From: Thermoleophilaceae bacterium
GTDB taxonomy: Bacteria; Actinomycetota; Thermoleophilia; Solirubrobacterales; Thermoleophilaceae
NCBI GenBank assembly: GCA_025937135.1
Contig: JAICRZ010000001.1
Span: 1-61,532 of the forward strand
Reading direction: 5' to 3'
Length of the DNA: 61,532 nt
Both the position numbers and the translations under genes were made by a program. The notes under the pieces are model-generated. The model saw only the letters and a program-made list of their open reading frames with translations, was not told the DNA's origin and did no database searches. This document shows, one piece after another, positions 42,812-52,129 of the stretch. The number at the start of each line of letters is the position of its first letter. The first letter of the stretch is position 1.

Positions 42812-44455
42812 TCAGAGCGCGCCCGCGGCCACGCGGCCGTCGACGTAGGCCGCCACCACGCGGGCCCGATCGAGCGCGGCCGGCGACTCCGTGGGGTCGC
42901 AGCTCAGCACGACGAGGTCGGCGCGCAGGCCGGGCGCGATTCGGCCGCAGTCGTCCTCCAGACCGCACGCCGCCGCGGCCTCGGCGGTGTACATCCGCAG
43001 CGCGTCGGCGGGCGAGACGGCCTCCTGCGGCTCGACCTCGCCGCCGGCGTGGGTCCGGCGGTCGACGGCACTGCGCATCACCGCCAGGGGATCGAGCGCT
43101 CCGCCGCACGGGTTGTCCGAGCTGGCGGCCACGCGCACGCCCGCGTCGATCATGCTGCGAACAGGGAAGAGCTGGAGCGTGCCGTCGTGGCGGCCGCGCC
43201 AGTCGTCGAACAGCTCACCGAACGCCGCGCCGAGCCCCGGCTGCGACACCAGGGAGACACCGAGTTCGGCCATCCGCTGGGCCTGCGAGCTGTGCGCGAT
43301 GAACGCGTGCTCGACCCGCAGCCGCAGGTCCCTGTCCCCGTGCAACCGCCGGACCGCCGCGAACGCCCCGAGTGCGTGGTCGACGGCACGGTTGCCGCCG
43401 CAGTGGATGACCACGTCGAGGTCGGCCTCCGCTGCCGCCAGCACGAGCGCCTCGACCTCCTCCGCCGAGTAGTTCGTGTGGCCGGCGTGCTCGATGCACC
43501 CCGGTCCGCAGGGCCGGTCCACGGCCGGGCTCGGATAGGCCGGGTCCATGAAGATCTTGACCGCGCCACCACGCAGGCGCGGTCCCTCCGCCCGATGGAT
43601 CTCCGCCGCCGATTGCGCGTCGATTCGAGGTGGCGCGAAGAACGTGCGTCCGCCGTGGATGCGGACCACCGTGAGCGGGAGGGCGTCCGCTCGCGCGGCG
43701 TCGGCATACAGCTGCGCACCGTCCGGCGTCACGAGCGCGTCGCCCACCGCGGTGATGCCGAGCGCGAGGTGCCGCTGCCCGGCCGCCGTCAGCAGCTCGA
43801 TCCCGTTGTCCGGCGCCCGGCGCAGCAGCTCGCGCACCGACTCGCTCTGGGGCAGGTCCGAGGCCGCCTCGAGCAACGTGCCGGTGGGCTCGCCGCGGCG
43901 GTCGCGCTCGATCGCCCCCCGCGGCGGGTCGTGCGTGTCCCGCGTGATGCCGGCGATGGCGAGCGCAGCGCTGTTCGCGTAGCCCGCGTGGTAGCTCGCG
44001 TCGACGACGAAGACCGGGTTCTCGGGACAGGCCTCGTCGAGCTCCTGGCGGGTCGGGTTCCGCTGCTCGCGCACCTGGGACTCGTGGAAGCCCCAGCCGC
44101 GGATCCAGGCCGCGGGCGGCGCCGCCGCAGCGGCGGACCGCAGCAGGTCGAGCACCTCTGCCAGCGACTCGAGCGGCGGCGTGCGGCAGTCGACCATCCG
44201 TGGCTCGAGCGCCGCGAACGAGAAGTGGTTGTGCGGGTCGACGAAGCCGGGCGCGAGCGCGCGCCCGTCGAGCTCGACGACGATCGCGCGCTCCGCGAGC
44301 GAGGCGAGCGCAGGTCCCGCCATCCCGACCTCCGCGATCCGCCCGTCGCGCACCAGCACGTGGTCGGCGACCGGTGTGCGCGGGTCCATCGTCAGGATCG
44401 GACCGCCGCGGAAGAGGAGGTCCTGATTAAGAAGACAGTTCGACAACTGCCGCAA
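42812..44455 (-). CDS. metal-dependent amidohydrolase (Amidohydro_3-like)
   Basis: LFRGGPILTMDP..., the HxH motif FVDPHNHF, and later VIHCGGNRAVD and ASSDNP. Confidence 0.82.
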   Translation of the reverse strand: MRQLSNCLLNQDLLFRGGPILTMDPRTPVADHVLVRDGRIAEVGMAGPALASLAERAIVVELDGRALAPGFVDPHNHFSFAALEPRMVDCRTPPLESLAEVLDLLRSAAAAAPPAAWIRGWGFHESQVREQRNPTRQELDEACPENPVFVVDASYHAGYANSAALAIAGITRDTHDPPRGAIERDRRGEPTGTLLEAASDLPQSESVRELLRRAPDNGIELLTAAGQRHLALGITAVGDALVTPDGAQLYADAARADALPLTVVRIHGGRTFFAPPRIDAQSAAEIHRAEGPRLRGGAVKIFMDPAYPSPAVDRPCGPGCIEHAGHTNYSAEEVEALVLAAAEADLDVVIHCGGNRAVDHALGAFAAVRRLHGDRDLRLRVEHAFIAHSSQAQRMAELGVSLVSQPGLGAAFGELFDDWRGRHDGTLQLFPVRSMIDAGVRVAASSDNPCGGALDPLAVMRSAVDRRTHAGGEVEPQEAVSPADALRMYTAEAAAACGLEDDCGRIAPGLRADLVVLSCDPTESPAALDRARVVAAYVDGRVAAGAL

Positions 44456-44502
44456 AGCTAACGTCTCACCTAGATCTGTTCAAGGCGCTCGGCGGCAGGC
44501 GC

Positions 44503-44532
44503 TTGACGTGGGCACACATGTGACGTTAGAGT
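44503..44532 (+). promoter_or_regulatory. sigma-70-like promoter (TTGACG-17nt-TTAGAG/TAGAGT) for the BMP-ABC importer operon
   Basis: Lies in the only long intergenic region (164 nt, visibly AT-richer). The spacer contains CACATGTG. Confidence 0.5.
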
Positions 44533-44548
44533 CGACGCCGATTCGGAA

Positions 44549-44564
44549 GCTGTCATATGACAGC
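44549..44564. promoter_or_regulatory. perfect 16-bp palindrome GCTGTCATATGACAGC (candidate operator)
   Basis: Located ~17 nt downstream of the putative -10 box and 56 nt upstream of ATG 44620. Confidence 0.5.
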
Positions 44565-44619
44565 GCTCGGCTGCGGGTCGGGGACGCGCAGCATTCAGGC
44601 AGTGAAAGAGGAGAACGTG

Positions 44620-45636
44620 ATGCGGATCGGTCGACGCGGGACGCTCGCCCTCAGCGTGGGCTTGAGCGCAATGGCGCTCACTGCCTGTGGCTCGAGCGGG
44701 AAGTCCGACTCGGGGAACAAGAGCGCCGGCTCGGGGGCCTCCGGCAAGAAGCTGGCCTGGATCTCCGAGAACACGAAGAACGACAAGTCGTTCGGCCAGG
44801 CGAGCTTCACCGGCGCGCAGAAGGCGGCGAATCAGTTCAACCTGAGCTTCACCGCGGTCGACGGCCTGATGAACAAGCCGCAGCAGGCGGAGAATGCGAT
44901 CCTGAATGCCGCGCGCGACGCGGACCTGATCGTGGACGGCGCCACCACCACCTACAACGTGCTTCCGCGCATCGCCCAGCAGCACCCCGACGTCCAGTTC
45001 GGCGTCGACTCGATCCCCATCAAGGGGACGCGCGACAACCTCCACTATGCGGTTCAGGACTGGTATTCGCTCGGCTACCAGAGCGGCGTCGCGGCCGCCA
45101 GCGCCTCCAAGAGCGGCGTGATCGGCTTCATCGGGGGCGGCGAGATACCGCCGACGATCGCGGGCCGCAAGGGCTTCGAGGCCGGTGCCAAGTCGGTGAA
45201 CCCGAAGATCAAGGTCGTCAGCACCATCACGGGCGACTTCAACGACGCCTCCAAGGGCAGCAACGCCGCCCAGGCGCAGATCGCGCAGAAGGCCGACGTG
45301 CTCTTCTCGTTCCTCGACGCGGGCCACGAGGGCGTCGTCAAGGCGGCGAAGTCCGCCGGCAACGTCAAGGTGATGGGCGTTGTGGTGCCGAAGTGCAGCA
45401 TCTCGAGCGGCGTGGACATCGGCGACGCGATCGCCAGCGAGGACACCCTCGTGTTCCGCCTGGTCCAGACGATGGCCAGCGGTCATCCGAAGAACCTGAT
45501 CTTCGGCATCCAGGATCCGAAGGTGGCCGGCTTCAAGTACTGCCCCGGGCACGCCAACCCGAGTGTCCAGCAGAAGCTCGACCAGGTCCGGGAGAAGTTC
45601 ACATCAGGGCAGCTGAAGTCGCCGGCCGGCGGCTGA
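44620..45636 (+). CDS. BMP (PnrA/Med-like) family ABC transporter substrate-binding lipoprotein
   Basis: Track ORF 44557-45636. ATG 44620 is preceded by AAAGAGGAG. Lipobox LSAMALTACGSSG, followed by a BMP-like body (GFIGGGEIPPTIAGRKGFEAGAK, ITGDFND). Confidence 0.82.
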   Translation: MRIGRRGTLALSVGLSAMALTACGSSGKSDSGNKSAGSGASGKKLAWISENTKNDKSFGQASFTGAQKAANQFNLSFTAVDGLMNKPQQAENAILNAARDADLIVDGATTTYNVLPRIAQQHPDVQFGVDSIPIKGTRDNLHYAVQDWYSLGYQSGVAAASASKSGVIGFIGGGEIPPTIAGRKGFEAGAKSVNPKIKVVSTITGDFNDASKGSNAAQAQIAQKADVLFSFLDAGHEGVVKAAKSAGNVKVMGVVVPKCSISSGVDIGDAIASEDTLVFRLVQTMASGHPKNLIFGIQDPKVAGFKYCPGHANPSVQQKLDQVREKFTSGQLKSPAGG

Positions 45637-45643
45637 GCCGCGC

Positions 45644-47224
45644 GTGAGTCAAGGGGTGGGCGACGGCGAACACGTGAGCAGCACGCTCGCGAGCGAGCCG
45701 GCGTCCCCCCCATGCGCGCTGCGGCTGACCGACATCACCAAGCGGTTCGGCGACCTGGTTGCGAACCGCGAGATCTCGCTGGCCGTGCAGCCGGGCGAGA
45801 TCCACGCTCTGCTCGGTGAGAACGGCGCCGGCAAGACGACCCTGATGAATGTCGTGTTCGGCCTGCTGGAGCCGGACGGCGGCGTCGTCGAGGTGGCGGG
45901 GAAGCGAGTGGAGATCCGCAACCCGCGTGATGCTCGCGCCCATGGCATCGGGATGGTGCACCAGCACTTCAAGCTCGTCCCGGACATGACGGTCGCCGAG
46001 AACCTCGCGCTCTCGGCCGGCAACAGCGGGCTCGGCACTCTGCGGCTGAGCGACGTCCGGACGCGAGCGAGCGCGATCGCCGGGCGCTTCGGCCTCGGCG
46101 TCGACCCGGACGCGGTGATCGAGAACCTCTCCGTCGGCCAGCACCAGCGCGTCGAGATCCTCAAGCTCCTCTACGGCGGGGCCAACCTGCTCATCCTCGA
46201 CGAGCCGACCGCAGCGCTGACGCCCGGCGAGTGGGCGAGCCTCTCCGAGGTGCTGCGCGCGCTCGTGGCCGAGGGCAAGGCCGTCGTCTTCATCAGCCAC
46301 AAGCTCGAGGAGGTCATCGGCATCGCCTCCCGCTGCACGGTCCTGCGCGACGGCCAGGTCGTGGGCACGCGCGAGATCGCGGCCACCACGAAGGAGGAGC
46401 TCGCGCTGATGATGGTCGGGCGCGAGGTGGCCCTGCGCGTCGTGCGCGACCGCTGCGAACCGGGACCGGCGGTGCTCGAGGTCGCGGGCCTCACGGTCGA
46501 GCGCGACGGGCGCGATGTCGTGTGCGACGTGTCGCTCGAGGTGCGCGAGCAGGAGGTGCTCGGCATCGCCGGCGTGGACGGCAACGGCCAGTCCGAGCTC
46601 GTCGAGGCGCTCATCGGAGTCCGCGACCGGACCGCCGGCACCGTCACGCTCGACGGCGTGGCGACGGACGCGATGGCCGATCACCCCGACGTGGGCGTCG
46701 TGCCGGAGGACCGCCACCTGCGCGCGGTCGCCGCCGAGCTCAGCGTGGCCGACAACCTCATGCTCAAGGACTTCCACCGCGCGCCGTTCGCGCGCCGCGG
46801 CCTGCGCGACCACCGCGCGGTCCGCAAGCACTGCGAGGAGCTCATCACGCGCTTCGACATCCGGACGCCCGGCCTCGACCTCCCGCTCCGCCAGCTCTCC
46901 GGCGGCAACCAGCAGAAGGTCGTGCTCGCGCGCGAGCTCGCGCGCGAGCCGCGCCTGCTGATCGCGGCGCAGCCCACGCGCGGTCTCGACGTGGGCGCGA
47001 TGGAGTTCGTCTACACGCAGCTCGCTCGGTTCAAGCGCCGCGGCGGCGCGACGCTGCTGATCTCGACCGAGCTCGAGGAGGTGCTGTCGCTGTCCGACCG
47101 GATCGCGGTCATGGTCGGTGGCCGCCTCGTGGGCGTGCTCGACGCCGACGATGCGGACCTCAACGTGATCGGCATGCTCATGGGCGGTGAGGGCGCCCGG
47201 CCCCCGGAGGCCGCGACGGCATGA
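45644..47224 (+). CDS. ABC transporter ATP-binding protein, duplicated ATPase (sugar/nucleoside type)
   Basis: Domain 1: GENGAGKTT, LSVGQHQRVEI, ILDEPTA. Domain 2: GVDGNGQSEL, LSGGNQQKVVL. GTG start; an internal GTG at 45674 is also possible. Confidence 0.9.
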   Translation: MSQGVGDGEHVSSTLASEPASPPCALRLTDITKRFGDLVANREISLAVQPGEIHALLGENGAGKTTLMNVVFGLLEPDGGVVEVAGKRVEIRNPRDARAHGIGMVHQHFKLVPDMTVAENLALSAGNSGLGTLRLSDVRTRASAIAGRFGLGVDPDAVIENLSVGQHQRVEILKLLYGGANLLILDEPTAALTPGEWASLSEVLRALVAEGKAVVFISHKLEEVIGIASRCTVLRDGQVVGTREIAATTKEELALMMVGREVALRVVRDRCEPGPAVLEVAGLTVERDGRDVVCDVSLEVREQEVLGIAGVDGNGQSELVEALIGVRDRTAGTVTLDGVATDAMADHPDVGVVPEDRHLRAVAAELSVADNLMLKDFHRAPFARRGLRDHRAVRKHCEELITRFDIRTPGLDLPLRQLSGGNQQKVVLARELAREPRLLIAAQPTRGLDVGAMEFVYTQLARFKRRGGATLLISTELEEVLSLSDRIAVMVGGRLVGVLDADDADLNVIGMLMGGEGARPPEAATA

Positions 47225-48348
47225 GCGACGTGTCGGTCCCGGCACCGGTGCGGCCGGCGATGAGGCGGCGCCCGCGGGTCGCGCTCCGGCCGCTCCTCAT
47301 CCCGCTCGGAGTGACGGCCAGCGCGCTGTTCGTCTCGCTGCTGATCATCGCCGCCACCGGCTATTCGATGAGCGCGACCGCATCGGCGTTCGTCGACGGC
47401 GCCTTCGGCGACAGCCAGGCCATGGCGGCGACGGCGAAGACGATGATCCCCTACACGCTGATCGCGCTCGCGTGGATCGTCGCCAGCTCGGGGCGGCAGC
47501 TCAACCTCGGACTGGAGGGGCAGATACTCGTCGGCGGCCTCGGCGCGGCGCTCGTCGGCATGTCGTTCCCGAGCCTTCCCGGCGGCCTGCATCTGGCGCT
47601 CGCGGTAGTCGCGGGGGCGGTCGCCGGTGCGCTCTACGCCGGCCTCCCCGCCCTGCTCTACCTGCGCCGCGACGTGAGCGTGCTCCTGTCGAGCTTCCTG
47701 CTCAACTTCGTCGCGCTCCTGCTGGTCGCATGGCTCATCCGCGGGCCGCTCCAGGACAAGACGGCCCCGTCGCTGCTCCAGAGCAAGCCGGTGGTGGTCG
47801 ATGCCATGTGGCCGATACTCGGGAGCTCGGGACTGACCTGGGACGTCGCCCTCATCCCCGTCGGGATCGTCGTGCTGATCTTCATCCAGCGCTGGACGTC
47901 GATCGGCTTCCGCCTGCGGCTCATCGAGGGCAACGAGGACGCTGCGCGCTTCAGCGGAATCGCGACCCGGAAGATCGGGATGTGCGCCCTGCTGGCCTCC
48001 GGTGCGATCGCCGGCGTGGTGGGCAGCTCGCTGATCCTCCACTCCCTGGCAGGGACCGTGTCCGACGGTTTCTCGTCCCAATACGGCTACCTCGGGATCG
48101 CCGTGGCGCTGCTCGCCAGGAACTCGCCCCTCGGCTGCCTCTTCGCCGGTCTGCTGTTCGCCGCGCTGGAGCAGGGTGGCAGCCTCGTCGAGACGCGCAT
48201 CGGCGTCCCGTCCACCATCACGACGGTCACGCAGGGACTGGTGATCGTCCTGGTCGCCGGCTCGACGTGGCTGCTCCTGCGCCAGAGCGGCCACCTGCGG
48301 CTCGGCCGCCGCCTGCGCCCTGAGGGGAGGGTCGATGGGCCCATTTGA
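47221..48348 (+). CDS. ABC transporter permease
   Basis: ATGA overlap with the ATPase gene. Polytopic membrane protein. Confidence 0.85.
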   Translation: MSDVSVPAPVRPAMRRRPRVALRPLLIPLGVTASALFVSLLIIAATGYSMSATASAFVDGAFGDSQAMAATAKTMIPYTLIALAWIVASSGRQLNLGLEGQILVGGLGAALVGMSFPSLPGGLHLALAVVAGAVAGALYAGLPALLYLRRDVSVLLSSFLLNFVALLLVAWLIRGPLQDKTAPSLLQSKPVVVDAMWPILGSSGLTWDVALIPVGIVVLIFIQRWTSIGFRLRLIEGNEDAARFSGIATRKIGMCALLASGAIAGVVGSSLILHSLAGTVSDGFSSQYGYLGIAVALLARNSPLGCLFAGLLFAALEQGGSLVETRIGVPSTITTVTQGLVIVLVAGSTWLLLRQSGHLRLGRRLRPEGRVDGPI

Positions 48349-49408
48349 CGGACCCTGGTTCATCGCCGCGATCGGCCTGACGGTTCCCCTGCTGTGGGCG
48401 GCGCTGGGCGAGCTCGTCTCCGAGCGCGCCGGCGTGCTCAACATCGGGCTCGAGGGGATGATCCTGGGCGGCGCGTTCAGCTCGTTCGCCGTGACGTCGG
48501 CAACGGGCAGCCCCTGGCTGGGCATCCTCTCCGGTATCGCGGTCGGCCTCCTCCTGGCCGCGATCATGGCCTTCTTCTGCATCAACCTGGACGCCGACCA
48601 GATCGTCGTGGGCCTCGGGCTCTTCATCCTCGCCGGCGGCGCGACGGCCTTCGCCAACGAGCGTCTCTTCTCCGGGACCACGAGCGTCACCACCGACACG
48701 CTGAACCCGATCGCGATCCCCCTGCTCGTGCACATACCCGTGATCGGGAAGGCGTTCTTCGACCAGACCATCCTCGGGTACGGCGCGTTCGTGGCGGTGC
48801 CGCTGGTCTACCTGCTGCTGTGGCGGACCAACTGGGGGCTCGCCGTGCGCGCGATGGGCGAGGCGCCCGAGGCCAGCGAGGCCGGCGGAATCTCCGTGCA
48901 GCGCGTCCGCTGGGCCGCGACGCTCTGCGCCGGCGTCGGCGGCGGCCTCAGTGGCGCCGTGCTCACGACGGGGTCGATCGGGGTCTTCGGCGACAACATG
49001 AGCGCCGGGCGCGGCTTCATCGCGCTGGCCGCCGTGGTGTTCGGCCGCTGGCGGCCCGTCGGGGTGCTGCTCGCCTGCCTCGTGTTCGGCGCGGCGGACG
49101 CGCTACAGCTCCGCCTACAGGCGATCGGCGGCGTCCCGCAGGCGGTCTGGATCGTGGCGGCGCTGATCGTGGCCTTCACGCTGGCCATGCGCATCCGTTC
49201 GCAGCGGCGCCCGGCGCCGCGCGGGATCGCGATCGGCGTGGTCATCGTGACCGGCGCGATCGTCCTCGCGGTCCTCAGCCCCGCCTGGCACATCCCGGCG
49301 CAGCTGTGGCTGACGCTTCCGTATGTCCTTACGCTGCTCGTCCTGGCCGGTTCGGTCGGGCGCACGCGCATGCCCACGGTGCTGGGCCTCCCCTACCGGC
49401 GTGCCTGA
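48335..49408 (+). CDS. ABC transporter permease
   Basis: 14-nt overlap with the previous permease gene. Polytopic membrane protein. Confidence 0.85.
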   Translation: MGPFDGPWFIAAIGLTVPLLWAALGELVSERAGVLNIGLEGMILGGAFSSFAVTSATGSPWLGILSGIAVGLLLAAIMAFFCINLDADQIVVGLGLFILAGGATAFANERLFSGTTSVTTDTLNPIAIPLLVHIPVIGKAFFDQTILGYGAFVAVPLVYLLLWRTNWGLAVRAMGEAPEASEAGGISVQRVRWAATLCAGVGGGLSGAVLTTGSIGVFGDNMSAGRGFIALAAVVFGRWRPVGVLLACLVFGAADALQLRLQAIGGVPQAVWIVAALIVAFTLAMRIRSQRRPAPRGIAIGVVIVTGAIVLAVLSPAWHIPAQLWLTLPYVLTLLVLAGSVGRTRMPTVLGLPYRRA

Positions 49409-51299
49409 GTCGTTCGTTCACCCGCTCGACCCGCTCACCGCGGACGAGATCGCCGCCGCGCGCGACATCGTGCGCCGCGATCTGGACCTTCCGTCCACGA
49501 CCCGGTTCGTGACCGTGCGCCTTCAGGAGCCGCCCAAGGACGTTGTCCGCGGGTTCTCCTCCGGCGACCCGATCGAGCGGCAGGCGTTCGTCGCCGTCAT
49601 GGACCGCGCCGCGAAGACGTTGCACGACGGCGTCGTGTCCATCTCCGGCGACGCGATCGTGGCCTGGCACGAGCGGCCCGAGCTCCAGGCGCCGCTGATC
49701 ATGGACGACATCCTGGTCGCGCAGCGCGTGGTCCGCGAGGACTCGGGCTGGCAGGCCGCCGTTCGCCGCCGCGGCATCGACGACCTCGACCTGGTGCACG
49801 TCGACCCGTGGATGGTGGGCAACTTCGGCGACGCCGAGGAGCAGGGCCGGCGCGTGGTGGCGTCGCTGAGCTACCTGCGTGAGAACCCCGCCGACAATCC
49901 CTACGCGCGCCCGATCGAGGGGGTCGTCGCGTACGTCGACCTGGGCGAGGAGCGCGTCATGCGCCTGGTCGACACCGAGCCGGTGCCGATCCCCCAGGAC
50001 CCCGGCCGCTACGACGCCGAGTGGGTCGGCGCGCCGCGCGAGGACCTGCGGCCGATCGAGGTCGTCCAGCCGGACGGGCCGAGCTTCGAGGTGCGCGGGA
50101 ACGAGATCCGCTGGCAGCGCTGGCGCTTCCGCTTCTCCTTCAACGGCCGCGAGGGACTGGTGCTGCACACGCTCGGCTACGAGGACGGCGGGCAGGTGCG
50201 CCCGATCCTCTACCGCGCATCGCTGTCGGAGATGATCGTGCCCTACGGCGACATCAGCCCGTCGCACTTCTTCCAGCACGCGTTCGACCTCGGGGACTTC
50301 GGCGTCGGACGCGGCGTCAACTCGCTCAGGCTCGGCTGCGACTGCCTCGGCGAGATCCGCTACTTCGACGCGGTCATGAACGACGACGACGGCAACCCCA
50401 TGACCGTCGAGAACGCGATCTGCCTGCACGAGGAGGACGCGAGCATCCTCTGGAAGCACTGGGAGTTCCCGGACGGCGGCACCGAGTCGCGCCGCTCACG
50501 CCGTCTCGTCATCTCGTCGATCTGCACGAACCTCAACTACGAGTACGGCTACTACTGGTACCTCTACCTCGACGGCACGATCGAGTACGAGGTCAAGCTG
50601 ACCGGGATCCTCCAGACGGCGGCGGCGGCGCCCGGCTCCGACCTCCCCCACGCCACCTGGGTCGCGCCCGGGCTGTCGGCGCCCCACCACCAGCACCTGT
50701 TCAACGTCCGCCTCGACACGGAGGTCGACGGCCCGGAGAACACCGTGAGCGAGGTGGATCTCGTGGCGGCGCCGCCCGGCCCGGATAACCCGTACGGCAG
50801 CGCGATGACCACGCGCGTCACACCGCTTCGCCGAGAGAGCGAGGCGCGGCGCCGGACCGACCCGAGCGCGGCGCGCACATGGGTGATCTCCAGCGAGTCG
50901 GAGAACCGGCTCGGACAGCCGACGGCGTATCGGCTGGTGCCGTCGTACACCCCGGTGCTCCTGGCGGCGCCGGACTCGGCGGTCGGCAGGCGCGGGACCT
51001 TCGCCCAGTACAACCTCTGGACCACCGCCTTCTCCGAGGACGAGCGTCACGCCGGCGGCGAGTACCCCAACCAGCATCCCGGCGGCGCCGGGCTGCCCGA
51101 GTGGACCGCGGCCGACCGACCGATCGAGTCAGCCGACGTCGTGGTCTGGCACACCTTCGGCGTGAGCCACGTGGCGCGGCCCGAGGACTGGCCGGTGATG
51201 CCGGTCGAGCACGTCGGCTTCATGCTCAAGCCGTGGGGCTTCTTCGAGCGCAACCCCGCGCTGGACGTGCCCGCCACCGAGGCGCGCCACTGCCACTGA
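49401..51299 (+). CDS. copper-containing primary amine oxidase (topaquinone enzyme)
   Basis: In frame inside track ORF 49323-51299. GTG 49401 overlaps the permease stop by 8 nt. TPQ consensus N-Y-E-Y (precursor Tyr codon 50538-50540). Cu ligands are HHQHLF and WHTFGVSHVARPEDWPVMP. No signal peptide. Confidence 0.9.
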   Translation: MPESFVHPLDPLTADEIAAARDIVRRDLDLPSTTRFVTVRLQEPPKDVVRGFSSGDPIERQAFVAVMDRAAKTLHDGVVSISGDAIVAWHERPELQAPLIMDDILVAQRVVREDSGWQAAVRRRGIDDLDLVHVDPWMVGNFGDAEEQGRRVVASLSYLRENPADNPYARPIEGVVAYVDLGEERVMRLVDTEPVPIPQDPGRYDAEWVGAPREDLRPIEVVQPDGPSFEVRGNEIRWQRWRFRFSFNGREGLVLHTLGYEDGGQVRPILYRASLSEMIVPYGDISPSHFFQHAFDLGDFGVGRGVNSLRLGCDCLGEIRYFDAVMNDDDGNPMTVENAICLHEEDASILWKHWEFPDGGTESRRSRRLVISSICTNLNYEYGYYWYLYLDGTIEYEVKLTGILQTAAAAPGSDLPHATWVAPGLSAPHHQHLFNVRLDTEVDGPENTVSEVDLVAAPPGPDNPYGSAMTTRVTPLRRESEARRRTDPSAARTWVISSESENRLGQPTAYRLVPSYTPVLLAAPDSAVGRRGTFAQYNLWTTAFSEDERHAGGEYPNQHPGGAGLPEWTAADRPIESADVVVWHTFGVSHVARPEDWPVMPVEHVGFMLKPWGFFERNPALDVPATEARHCH

Positions 51300-51311
51300 C
51301 GCGGTGAGCGT

Positions 51312-51464
51312 CTACTCCGTGTCGAAGTCGCTGCGGACGGCCTCGAAGTAGCTGTTGCACGCATCGCAGTGCCACTGGGCGGTGATGAGCTGCCCGCCGA
51401 CGGCCGACAGCAGCCGGATCCGCTCGCGCTCCCGGCAGTAGGGACACGCCGGCCGCTCGGTCAT
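51312..51464 (-). CDS. paaD: PaaD C-terminal zinc-ribbon half, encoded as a separate 50-aa protein
   Basis: ATG 51464 overlaps the paaC stop (ATGA). MTERPACPYCRERERIRLLSAVGGQLITAQWHCDACNSYFEAV resembles the CPRC...CDSC tail of E. coli PaaD. Confidence 0.6.
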   Translation of the reverse strand: MTERPACPYCRERERIRLLSAVGGQLITAQWHCDACNSYFEAVRSDFDTE

Positions 51465-52129
51465 GCCGCCCAGTCCTCGGCCAGCGGCGTGCCCGCCAGC
51501 GCCGCGGAGACGCTCGCGCGGGTGCCGGCGATCAGGTCGTCGGCGCTGCCCGCCACGACTCCCGCCGCGGCCAGATCCGCGTACTCCGCGGCATCCGGGA
51601 CCCAGCGCTCGGCGAGCGTCCAGCAGGTGGCGAGGGCGTCGCGGAAGGCCGGACGCTGCGCGTCGTCGCGCGCCAGCCGCCGCGCCCAGGCGGCCGCGTG
51701 GGCGCGGTGCGAACGCTCCTCCTGGCGGATCTTGCGCGCGCGCTGGGCAAGCGGAACGAACGAGCTGTCCACCGCCGCCTCGACGAAGCGGGCCAGCAGG
51801 CCGTCGATGACGAGGTTGGCCGCGATGAACGTGTCCCAGTCCGGCAGCGGGCCGTCGAGCAGCGGCATGGTGCTGTGCACGTCCATGTGGTCGTGGTCGT
51901 CGTCGTCGGCGCCGAGCTGCTTGAGCAGCGGGAAGGTCGAGCGCGCGTGGCCGAGCTCGTCCTGAGCCATGGCCGCGGCCGCCACCGCCGACTCGAGCGT
52001 GGGTGCGCTCACCGCCCACTCGCCATAGCGGCGGCCCATGACCGCCTTGTCGCAGGCCAGCGCGCTGATCAGCTTCGCGAGGGCTTCGCGGTTCGCATCG
52101 GAGATGGAGACGTCGGGAGCGAGCGTCAT
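51461..52129 (-). CDS. paaC: 1,2-phenylacetyl-CoA epoxidase subunit C
   Basis: In frame inside track ORF 51461-52300. ATG 52129 overlaps the paaB stop (ATGA). Ferritin-like protein: ALACDKAVMGRRYGEWAVSAPTLESAVAAAAMAQDELGHAR, IRQEERSHRAHA. Confidence 0.8.
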   Translation of the reverse strand: MTLAPDVSISDANREALAKLISALACDKAVMGRRYGEWAVSAPTLESAVAAAAMAQDELGHARSTFPLLKQLGADDDDHDHMDVHSTMPLLDGPLPDWDTFIAANLVIDGLLARFVEAAVDSSFVPLAQRARKIRQEERSHRAHAAAWARRLARDDAQRPAFRDALATCWTLAERWVPDAAEYADLAAAGVVAGSADDLIAGTRASVSAALAGTPLAEDWAA

